Shown one piece after another: positions 10,269-20,368 of a DNA stretch of 64,000 bases; positions within the stretch are counted from its first letter, which is position 1; each line of letters starts with the position of its first letter. The notes beneath the pieces are model-generated. The model saw nothing but the letters and a program-made list of their open reading frames with translations. It did no database searches and had not been told where the DNA came from. This DNA is from Setoptus koraiensis (taxonomy: Eukaryota > Animalia > Arthropoda): contig CM106585.1 of NCBI GenBank assembly GCA_048013815.1, positions 21,700,001-21,764,000 of the forward strand, written 5' to 3'. The position numbers were made by a program, and so were the translations under genes.

Positions 10269-11321
10269 TCAACATGGAGTCATATTCAACGATGTCAACT
10301 GACAGTAGACGCCATCGCTGATACGCTTTGCCAACAAGAATCCATCGCTATCTACTCCAACTATCTCCACCCTGCCCTGTTTATCGTCATCTACTTGCTG
10401 TCTAGTATGAATCCATCGGCTCATGTAATCTTGTTTTATATCTGGCAATGTGTCCTCAGTGAAATTAGTTATCATGTCTTCTAGCCTGTTGACTATCTTA
10501 GCAACTAGTTCATCAATTTCAACTTTAACATCAGACTCAAAATGAGCCAGTATGTCATTTATGCAGGTAGTTGGCTCCGAATTGAATACATTCAAACCAA
10601 AACTAGTTATTATAATGTATCTGTTTTCCTCGATGGTTGTTTTAATGAGAATGCCACCAATTTTGCACCTTTTACCTAACTCGTCCACGTAATAGATATC
10701 ATTTGGCCACTTTAACCGAATGTATTGCTTACCCAAGTATTGCTTACACGTATCCTCCAGAGTTCTCACAATGGCCAACGCCACAAGATGCTGAAGAAAG
10801 CTAATTCGTTTGCCCACAAACGAATCTTGTCTGCATTGCATTTTCATGGAGGCCATGGCACAACCAGGGGGCGAGGTCCATTGGTTGTTCCTCTGTCCCA
10901 TGCCGTTTGTTTGTGTCTTGGCCAATACTATTGTATTTTCGGCTTGTTGATTTGCGAGATTTACAGTGGAATCCACAACATCTAAATATATACAGGGTCG
11001 ACCAAGTGATTTGGTCGTCAGCATAGAATTGTATCTGTCCAAGTTGAAGGCATAATACTTCCGATCGTCGGATTTTTGTCTCTGAGAAACCATTGACATA
11101 ATGTCGGACTTGTTGTTGTTGTTCAATTTTGTCCGCAAGACGTAATAATTTCTTCTCTGGTTGCCGGTAGGGGTGAGTTCAACATTTGTGTGATAATTCC
11201 TCTTTGATAATGTCGGGAGAGTATTATTTCGGAATGGTGTGTAGTAGTGTGAGTTTGATATCTTGCCAGAATAGGAATGATTAAATGCGGCTTTTATTAA
11301 CAATGTGTTAGACTTATGCAT
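10269..11321 (-). CDS. HLCS: Biotin-protein ligase / holocarboxylase synthetase, intronless, 350 aa, essentially the catalytic core only
   Basis: BPL motifs VDST, QTNGMGQRNNQWTSPPGCA, LQHLVALAIV, LKWPNDIY, KIGGILI and GLNVFNSEPTTCINDI; the last four are eukaryotic HLCS-type. C-terminal SH3-like tail VEIVGVDSDGFL. Confidence 0.93.
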   Translation of the reverse strand: MHKSNTLLIKAAFNHSYSGKISNSHYYTPFRNNTLPTLSKRNYHTNVELTPTGNQRRNYYVLRTKLNNNNKSDIMSMVSQRQKSDDRKYYAFNLDRYNSMLTTKSLGRPCIYLDVVDSTVNLANQQAENTIVLAKTQTNGMGQRNNQWTSPPGCAMASMKMQCRQDSFVGKRISFLQHLVALAIVRTLEDTCKQYLGKQYIRLKWPNDIYYVDELGKRCKIGGILIKTTIEENRYIIITSFGLNVFNSEPTTCINDILAHFESDVKVEIDELVAKIVNRLEDMITNFTEDTLPDIKQDYMSRWIHTRQQVDDDKQGRVEIVGVDSDGFLLAKRISDGVYCQLTSLNMTPC

Positions 11322-11891
11322 TGAATTGACTAGGGTTGAATAGTAGAAGTAGTAATAGTGGTGTTAGGTGTAATGATGGCTTGCAATATTACATTATATC
11401 GGCCAGTGGTTGCAATGCTAGAAGAGGCTACACAATAAGAGAAGTGATAATAACGGTTGTTTTCAAACTTGAAACAAGATGCTAAAAGTTGTTGTTTGGT
11501 TGTTTATTCGGGACTTGCGTTGACGTAACTTCAAAATCAAGTGGCATGGTCATTTGTGCACAGACGCTCGCTCTCCACTCCTATCTCCCTGGAATAAAAT
11601 GATAGCTCATATGGGAGCTCCTCCGAAACTAGTACATACATTCCAATAATGATTGTCACAAATACTCGCTGAAAAATGCTTGATGAGTAGACACGTATGT
11701 CAGATACACCCTGGACTACATCGCAACCGTTTAAATGTTGATAGCCTTGTGGTGTTTACAATTGCCGAACCGATTTGATTTTGCAACTATACAACTCATA
11801 TTTTTTTATAACCGGAGGGAATCTCGTGATAGTTATTATTTTATTATTGAATTTTACTGGGACAAAATCAGTCCCACATCCGTCCTAAAAC

Positions 11892-13760
11892 ATGTCTGTG
11901 AGACCTCAAAGGCCAGAGCCCAAGGAAAAGAAGTTTTATCCCTTGTTCAATATTAAGCCATCTAGACCCAAAGGTGATATCGAGGTGATAGATCTCAGAG
12001 ATTGGAATGCTATTGACTTCAATAACGTTTCGGCTGTCCTTAAGGATGTCTTTGGACATGATAAATTTAGATCTAAGCTACAGAAGGACGCTTGCATGAG
12101 TGCCTGTCACACGAAAAAAGATTTATTTATTAGCTTACCTACTGGATCGGGTAAATCTCTCATCTATCAATTACCGGCGGTCTATCAGAACAAAGGCTTG
12201 ACCATTGTGGTGTCTCCCCTGGTTGCTCTCATAAACAATCAAATAGTAAACGCCCAAAGAATAGGGATACCATGTGCAACTATTAATTCTACTCTACCTG
12301 TGACACAAATTCGCAAAATTAGACAAGAGCTTATGGCCAAAGAGACTCCACTAAGATTGCTTTATGTTACACCTGAGATGTTGTGTTCCGACAGCTTTAA
12401 ATTTTATCTCTCCTCGTTGTATAAGACAAAACAATTGCGAATGTTTGCCATAGACGAGGCTCACTGTGTCTCTAGTTGGGGACACGAATTTAGACCAGAC
12501 TATCTCAAGTTAGGCTATCTGCGTAACCAATACCCAGATATCCCGATGATGGCTTTAACGGCAACAGCAACACCCAAAGTACTAGATGATATCATCGCCA
12601 ATCTGAAATTGGACGAACCACTTCGATACATTGCATCGTCCTTTAGAAAGAATCTCTTCTATGATGTTCAATTCTCTGATTCCCTTGAGAATGCCCTCTC
12701 AACCAACCTCAAAGACTTCATCCAAGATTGCTTAGGTCTACAGCTGACTGATGAGTCCACTCAAGTACCGAATCTCAAACGAAAACCAACTGCCTCGGAG
12801 GGTACACTATTTATGTCAGCCTCTTCTTTCGTTCCTTCTGCAAGTAAGTTGGCAAAGAAGGATCAAAAAGAAAGTAAATCTAAAGGAGTGGGCATCGTGT
12901 ATTGCCGAACCAAAGCAACTTGCGAAGATATAGCAGCTCAGCTAACTCGACAGGGTATCAAAGCGCGTCCCTACCATTCAGGGCTTGGTGCCAAGGAACG
13001 GAAAGAAATCGAAAGTCTTTGGATGAACGAAGATATACTTATCATTTGTGCTACAATCTCTTTTGGAATGGGCATAGATAAACCTAATGTCAGATTAGTG
13101 GTGCATTATAACATGTCGCAGTCTTTGGCTAACTATTATCAAGAATCTGGGCGAGCTGGTCGTGATGGCAAGCAGTCCTATTGCAGGCTTTATTTTTCCA
13201 ACACCGATTTGAATGCTATTTCTTACTTGTTGACGAAAGATATGGAGATGAATTCGAATGACGCTGTGGATAAGAATATTTCCCAAGAAAAGCAATTGCA
13301 GAAGACAAAGATAGCTAAAGCAGCTTATGAGCGCTTTGAGCGAATGATTGAATACTGTAAATCATCAGATAGATGTCGTCATTTGACACTAGCTAAAGAA
13401 TTTGCCCTCGGTGATGACGTTGATCTCTTGATAAACGGTTGTAAGACATCTTGTGACTATTGTACTAATCCAAAAGATTTAAAATCACGAGTAGAAAAAT
13501 CAACCGGTTGGAAAACGAGAATAGCCAATTCAAAACCTTGGGGTAAACCAATTCAAGATGAAGGTAATGTGTATTTGTCGAAATTTGACACATCTTACGA
13601 GGATCTTTATAGTTCAGAAACTAGGTATACTGGTGATCACGACGAAGACTCGGGCGGAGGTTTTAAATCGGCCTCGAGCTACACAAAAAAGAAGGCATCT
13701 AGTGGGTCTATGCTGGATGTTGTTAGAGCTGAGTTCGCCAAAAGAAAGAGATCTAGATAG
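11892..13760 (+). CDS. RECQL5: RecQ-family DNA helicase, RECQL5 type, intronless, 622 aa
   Basis: Walker A LPTGSGKS, DEAH box with SWGHEFRPDYLKLG, TATAT, FRKNLFYDVQF (RECQ5-typical), GIVYCRT, SFGMGIDKPNVR, YYQESGRAGRDG and Zn-binding CRH...GCKTSCDYC. Confidence 0.93.
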   Translation: MSVRPQRPEPKEKKFYPLFNIKPSRPKGDIEVIDLRDWNAIDFNNVSAVLKDVFGHDKFRSKLQKDACMSACHTKKDLFISLPTGSGKSLIYQLPAVYQNKGLTIVVSPLVALINNQIVNAQRIGIPCATINSTLPVTQIRKIRQELMAKETPLRLLYVTPEMLCSDSFKFYLSSLYKTKQLRMFAIDEAHCVSSWGHEFRPDYLKLGYLRNQYPDIPMMALTATATPKVLDDIIANLKLDEPLRYIASSFRKNLFYDVQFSDSLENALSTNLKDFIQDCLGLQLTDESTQVPNLKRKPTASEGTLFMSASSFVPSASKLAKKDQKESKSKGVGIVYCRTKATCEDIAAQLTRQGIKARPYHSGLGAKERKEIESLWMNEDILIICATISFGMGIDKPNVRLVVHYNMSQSLANYYQESGRAGRDGKQSYCRLYFSNTDLNAISYLLTKDMEMNSNDAVDKNISQEKQLQKTKIAKAAYERFERMIEYCKSSDRCRHLTLAKEFALGDDVDLLINGCKTSCDYCTNPKDLKSRVEKSTGWKTRIANSKPWGKPIQDEGNVYLSKFDTSYEDLYSSETRYTGDHDEDSGGGFKSASSYTKKKASSGSMLDVVRAEFAKRKRSR

Positions 13761-14014
13761 AACGAAGGCGAGGACTCGAATGGATTTCAATTAATACTCA
13801 CAGTTAGAAGAAAAATGTTTTTCCAAAGATATGCAACTATGGATCGAATGCAATCTTTTATAAACTCACAAATAACAATTCCCCCGACATAAGTAAATGT
13901 TAAATCTTTTTAAAAGTTTTACTGAAACTGAACTAAAAAGTTGTTACAACAAATTGAATAGCTTGAATACCTGTACTATTTTATTTTCTAATTTTACATC
14001 TACATCAGGATTGC

Positions 14015-15901
14015 TCAATCTACTAATCTATATCTGTCTATCAGTGATAGTATGTGAACATTAACTACTCTCCCCGAACCTTTTCCATATATGTAATCGC
14101 TGTGACCAAAGATTAAATCGGGTATCTCATAGTCGTCAATAAGCCGAACTGTTTAGCAAAGAGGTAAATTGAGAAATTGAATTACTCATATGAAATCGAT
14201 TGCTTCTTAATACGATCTAGAACCGTCAAACTCACCTCTAAGATGTCTTTTAGTCATTCGGTAATTGCTTTTGGTGGCCAAAAGGTCTGTGTTGGCGGAG
14301 ATTAATGCAATATCTGGTGAACAAATCCTTTCCATTGGATATCTAGGATTATATATCTGATATCCAGACGATGATCAACATCAACAGATGGTAAAATATG
14401 ATTAGAAACGACGCCACACTTGTATGTGTTTTCGATAATTCGTATTAGATAACTCACCGTTCCATATTTCATGAGATTTTCCTTTGGTCCAAAATCAAAA
14501 GTTTCAAATGTTCCCCTTTTGATCAGTTGCAATAAGTGAAGACTATTCAGAATACTGGTACCCTCTGGTATATGATGCGCTATTATAGCCGTACGAGTCT
14601 GAAAACGATTTCATATTGGGAAAAAAAATACAGTATCATGAGATTTATGTAGAAAAGTGCAGTATAAGGTAATTAGGCAGTTTTGTATGGCAGTTTTATT
14701 AATCTATTTAGTAGGTTCGATAGAAGGTCTAAATTAATGGATATGATGGCGAAAACAATAATTACCTTGTTCTGACGAAACAGGTCGTTGCCCAACATCA
14801 AACTCATAATAATATCACACCACGGCTCGGTTAATTTTGGTCTGCATAACAAATCCAGAGCTGATTGAATAAAAGGAGTCCTCGGGGCCACTCGTCCCTT
14901 CAAATTTCTATTTAATTTTCTCAGATCGATTGGTTGCAATGCTAGACGCAAGAGACCAAAGTAGACATTAGGAATATAAGCCACGGGTGCCATAGCTATA
15001 AATGGTTTGACTTTGTGGCCCCATTCAGGTTGTAAACTTTGTAGTATAAACATTATCTGATTGCCTTGTGAGTGGCCCACGTAAGACAATGATCTACGAT
15101 TGCATAATGATAATATATAATCAATCATTGTGGGTAAATCATAGATTGCCATTTCATGGAATGAAAAGTCCCAATATTTAGCATGGTAACGATGATCATA
15201 ATATGTGTGACCGAGACTGTAGGTTGAGCCACGAGTGTTACCTAGCCAAACATCGTAGCCACTGTTGGCCAATAGAAAAGCAAGGCTATCTGTGATATAT
15301 GGATCTTTCTTATTAGTAAAGTGTTCAAATTTGTGTCTACGTGCACCACTTGAATGAGTACGGTTGAGATCGCGCCAATCAAAATAAGGCCTATCTAAAT
15401 TTCTGTCTGAGGCAATAATAGAATTGAATGATGACGTAAGAAAGCCGTGTTGTAATAGGACTGGCCTCAAGTGAGCTCGCAATTCCACAGGTACTAAAGG
15501 ATTGATTACTCTGTGCAATGTTATTATGTAATTATCTGGCGTTATGATATGGTGTTCTTCGCATTCGAAACGTCTCTCTCTAATGAAGTCAGGCTGATTG
15601 TGTTCGTCGAAGAGATGATATTATCATAATCAGTTTAATCTGTTCACCGAACAATTGCAATCTTATGTTTCAATTGTAATCTTATTTTTCAATTAATGTG
15701 ACAACTTACGGGATCCAAAAAGGCATCTGGATCGACATCATGAAATGGACTTAGGTCTTTTATGGACTTATGTGCTTTGTTAAATTTTTTCGCACTAACC
15801 AACTGTTGGTGCCATACAGTTATTTGCATCAATTGCATCATTACAAGAAGCACCGTTATATAACGGTCAGCTAGTTTGCACATTTTAAACTTCTTGAGCA
15901 T
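14015..15901 (-). CDS. Secreted acid/gastric-type triacylglycerol lipase (LIPA/LIPF/Lip3 family); exons 15901-15710, 15593-14766, 14598-14458, 14356-14236, 14148-14015; ~471 aa
   Basis: Signal peptide and DPD motif in exon 1; LLQHG, GYDVWLGNTRG, WDFSFHEMAIYDLP, nucleophile GHSQG, catalytic D (NTDLL) and H (FGHSDY). Four GT-AG introns (116, 167, 101, 87 nt) give a continuous frame. Confidence 0.93.
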
Positions 15902-18900
15902 CTTCTTGTTTTTTTTTCAGTCACAACTTTCTTGCTTGAATTTTCTCAGATCGGCTGTAATTATCTGCGGTGAATGTTTCAAGTTCAAAAGCAAACAAGT
16001 AAAAAAAGAACCTCTTTATATATCATTTCTTCTAGCATGTGTCGCTTGGTCACTAGAATAAATTCGTCCACGATGGTGTTGCTGTCGGGAATATGCTGTT
16101 CGAGTATTGGGGTTTTACCGTAAGTCACTGATCTCGATGACGCAATCGTTTGGAAGAGAAACAATATCAGCCAATTGAAAGTTTGGCGAAAGTTTTCAGA
16201 TATTATCCTAGATTACTACTGATTTATAAACTGGATCCACATGGATACATATGAATATATGTACAGATTATTGCACATTTGTGTTGCTGCTATAGTTACT
16301 TTGTTCTGGCTGCTTGTTTTTGGTTTCAATTTTTATTTAGAGACACGTCTTATCTGGAAATGTTTTGCACAAGTAGATCTTTGTTGGTATTGATGGTTGT
16401 CGGAGTGATACAATGTAATTGAAAACTATCACTTGTTGCGCTGCTGCTTTTATCGCGAAAAAATACCGTGCAAACAATTCCATTGATAGACCTTGTCATT
16501 GACTAGGAAAATAATGGCAGAAAAGATCCTCGATGCAGACTCAAACAAATGATGCAGATTTTATTCCCCTCGCTCTGATTATTCCAAATGTAAACTTGAA
16601 AACTGAACTTGTTGTTGTTGTTGGACAAACAAAAACATGAGCCATGTAACCAGTTTCCGTTACATTAATATTCACCACTTGTTGTTTTGAATTTGTTATT
16701 GTGTTTGTTGCTGCTGTCATGATAATATATAATTAATTAACACTGAATTAATGATTACCGATGTAAGTCGATATATTATTCAGTGTTATCGGGGCGTCTT
16801 CAGGTTGATAGATATCTATTTAATACAATAAGTGTGCTGCGTTAATAATAATGACGCGACGACGGCGACGATTCCCAATCTCTATGACAGTTAAGAAGTT
16901 GTTGTTGCTGCTTGATGGAATGACCACTATCGCGTCAAAAGTATATCTTTACTTTCTGAGCACAGCAAAGATTGATTAATTACCTGACCGTGACTCCGCT
17001 TTTTGCCTTGCTGATGAGCAAGATTGATGAAGAGGATTGACCACTGCTAGCCAACACGGCAGACTGGTCATTTAGACTACTAATCACTTTCCATGCTATT
17101 GCATGTCACTTCGGCTGGCCTAATAAATGTGAACTATGATTGTTATAATCTTGATGCTCATGTTACGTCAATTTTGTTGATGTTATGTTAACTGTATGCA
17201 TGTTATTATTGTCACTGTCGACTGTTTCGATGGATATCAGCAAAGGAAATTAATTATGCAATGTCAGTGTTTGCTTGCTTGTTTGTTTGTTATCATCATT
17301 ATCCAGATGATAGAATAATCTCATTCGTAACATCATTTGTAACGAATGTGCGTGACCTTGTCTAGCCAATCGTTGGTATGGCGATTGATTGATTCTTCTT
17401 CTTCCTCTTGATTCTTTCTTCAGTGACCCCAACACACCAATCAACGGGACAGAATATCACACGATGGCCTTTTTCGACGGTCAATTGCGGGAGTCACTGT
17501 GGGTGAAACTCACGCTCATACAACCTAACAACATTTGCTTGAACATGATCACTACACCCACTGATTGAGCGAGCGACTGGCCGTCTGACTGACTGGTCCA
17601 GTGTGAACAACAACATGCCAGACCATGTTTATCGCCTATGTTTATAGTGATAGTGTATAACAGATGTATCTTTACAAAAGCAACAGGTGAGTCAGCTCAG
17701 TCATAGCAGCTTAGCAGCCGAGATGAAGAGAGCGAAAGCTCAATCTCTGGCTGGCGTTCATTTGTCAAGCTCGCAGCAAACTTGCTTTACAGGGCTCAAC
17801 GTAGCGCTTGCCTTCTATATTTAAACAGACGATTGGATCACGATTGGTAACGGAACAACAGCGAACGGTGATGCTCTCAACGATTCATGACTGGCACTGG
17901 CTGACTCAAGCAGCAAAACAGCACCAACTGCCCACTTCCGGCTGGTCAGCTGATGAAATCGCGTCGGTGATTCAATCGAGTGAGGCGATAACAGCGAGCC
18001 TTTAGGGGACGCCGTCTATTCACACAGCTTCGTTTATGGCTGCAGCAGCAGCAGCAGTAATGGTAGTGATAGAGTTAGCAATGGTGGTAGGGGTAGAGGT
18101 AGAGGTAGTAGCGTCGGACTTGGCGGCACAGGTAGCTGCTTCGAAATTTGATTTTTGCACTTGTAGTATCGCAGAGATTTTATTGCGTTATTAGGATGTA
18201 TTTTTTCAATCATTTCCGTTTTTGCTCATGGCGCTATCGGCAACAGTAATTTGCGAGCATATTTGTGTTTATATTTGTGTCTTAATGAGTGAACAAACAT
18301 GTGTGATAAAGACTTTTTCACTCTCACTAGCTCTCGCTGGCTCTCACTGTCTCTCACTATATGATATGATGCGCGCTGTCCGCTTCCGTTACGCCGACAA
18401 ACAATATAATTTGGCAAACAATCCGCATCACATACAAAGCTAACAACGACCAACAACTATCGACATTTGCCTGGACGCACAAGAAAAAGATGACCGGTTC
18501 TTTGGCCTTTTCCATTGCTGCTAGATTCCATTATCTGTGTCCCGCTGACCCTGTTTGGTTCGGTGTCTGTAATCGGATTACGTGACCTGTGTCCGTGTTG
18601 TCGAGCTCTTTGTTGAGCGCCAAACTCATTGGCGTGAATTGTTTTCAATTGCGAGACAATTCACGATCATTCATGCAGTTCAGCCAGTGAGAAGTTGGCG
18701 AGATCAATCCATCACAATTATGCAAAAATATTCTCTTTTATATGCCATTCATTGTTCCATTTCATCCATACAAACTCGCCAAATCTGACAGAAAACTTTT
18801 ACCATCTTAGTGTGAGTAACAGCAGCGCGATGTGGAAAAAGAAAGAATTTGTATTGATTAATTCACGGATATGATTGAGTGAATCGTTCCTCGTGCCTCG

Positions 18901-19853
18901 GCCAATTGGTTGTTCGATCGAGTCCAATTAGCATACAATATTTGCTGCATTGATTCCATGATGCTATCCACCATCCATCTATCGTATTTCCGGTTTTTAA
19001 ATATCAACTTGTCCACACAGATGATACTTGAGATGTGGGTGTGCGTTGTCGATGTTTCTGGATTGTTGTTGCTTGTGTATTTGCACAAAATAAATCTTCA
19101 CGAATTCCACGAATCGAGCGAGACATTTGAGCATCATCATCGGCATTATTATTACAACTCGCATAGGGCTGCGTGTGTGGCGATCAGATATCAGAGATCA
19201 ACCATCATGATGCGAGTACGGCAAGAAACGTGAATAAGAGAAATGAGAAACGAAAGTGATTACTCATAGACATAATTTATTGACTAGATGCAACTATAAG
19301 CAAGCCTCGACAAATCAATTTAGATTGAGAAACAGACAGCACGCCGCGAGCAAGTGTTGTCTTGTTTATTATTATTATTATTATTGATTGGTAATTATTA
19401 TTAGTCATTCATAATTATCAACCAAATAAACAACAACAATAAACCTTGTTTTACGTCACTATTCAAATGTTTTTCGTCTTGGTGAATGAGTCACTAGTTA
19501 CGCTGAACACCATTAGCCTTAAATGGTGATTATTTATAGTTATGCCAACCATTGATTGATATTTATATTTACTCTCTCTGTACAATAAACTCGGTAAACA
19601 GCTAACATCGATAACAACACTTCCTACTTGAATTGTCGACTACTTGCTGTTCTCGCTAACTCACAAAATTTAAATTTCTCACTATCGACACGAGAATACA
19701 AACAGGAATTCAATGCTCAATAGTCAGTTAATTGATTCTCTCTCACAAGCTAACACAGTATTAATAATTATATAATCGATAGATCAACAGAAATAGTATA
19801 ACAATCATAGTGCAGTAATAATAATTGACGACAAATTAAATTTACTTTGGATT

Positions 19854-20225
19854 ATGGATCGGACCTCAAAGAGATTTTTCTACTTATGTCTGTTGTTTCA
19901 GATTGTGCTCAGCGGCAACCAGTTATGTCAGCGTAGCAGTTATCTAGTAATGGGTCGCTCAATAGAATTAATGACTCGCCAGAGTGAATACGACAGGTTA
20001 GGCAGACTAGAAGAAAATCAAAACTACATAGTTAAATTATATACGCAACCCAATCAACTGTATCCTGAACATTTTGTGTTTGATCCAGTGGAATTGTCAT
20101 TGAAGCCCATTGATATGAATCGAAATGAGCTGACAATGCTGAATCAATATGACACTGACACTGACAATAACAGCGACAATCCAGGTCCCAATTACGACTC
20201 CGTTCTCTCTGAACAAATCTATTAA
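19854..20225 (+). CDS. Orphan 123-aa putative secreted protein
   Basis: ATG-initiated ORF in AT-rich DNA with a signal-peptide-like N-terminus (MDRTSKR + FFYLCLLFQIVLS) and an acidic C-terminus. No family recognised. Confidence 0.6.
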   Translation: MDRTSKRFFYLCLLFQIVLSGNQLCQRSSYLVMGRSIELMTRQSEYDRLGRLEENQNYIVKLYTQPNQLYPEHFVFDPVELSLKPIDMNRNELTMLNQYDTDTDNNSDNPGPNYDSVLSEQIY

Positions 20226-20368
20226 TCTACAAATCTGTTAACTAAATCTAATCAACTTGAAACATTAAACAATCGTCATTCGTCATATCACACACAAATA
20301 ATATTGAGCTCATCAACACCAAGAAACCATCTAAAGGAATAATTATTTTTTTAATTATTTCAATATTT

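Noticed and set aside
10269-11321. Horizontal transfer of the intronless, short biotin ligase from bacteria (GQR loop)
   Set aside because: Flanking motifs (SPPGCA, LQHLVALA, NVFNSEPTTCIND) are eukaryotic HLCS-type, and neighbouring bona fide eukaryotic genes are also intronless.
11570-11700. Possible decayed second ACAT1 copy between HLCS and RECQL5
   Set aside because: Only a gapped ~55% match and one 10-mer (GCTGAAAAAT), within chance expectation. A formal local alignment would be needed to revisit it.
17808-18005. LPTSGWSADEI resembling the N-terminus of PLP-dependent lyases (S1P lyase/SepSecS)
   Set aside because: A short isolated match, the frame closes immediately, and no further exons or catalytic motifs were found.
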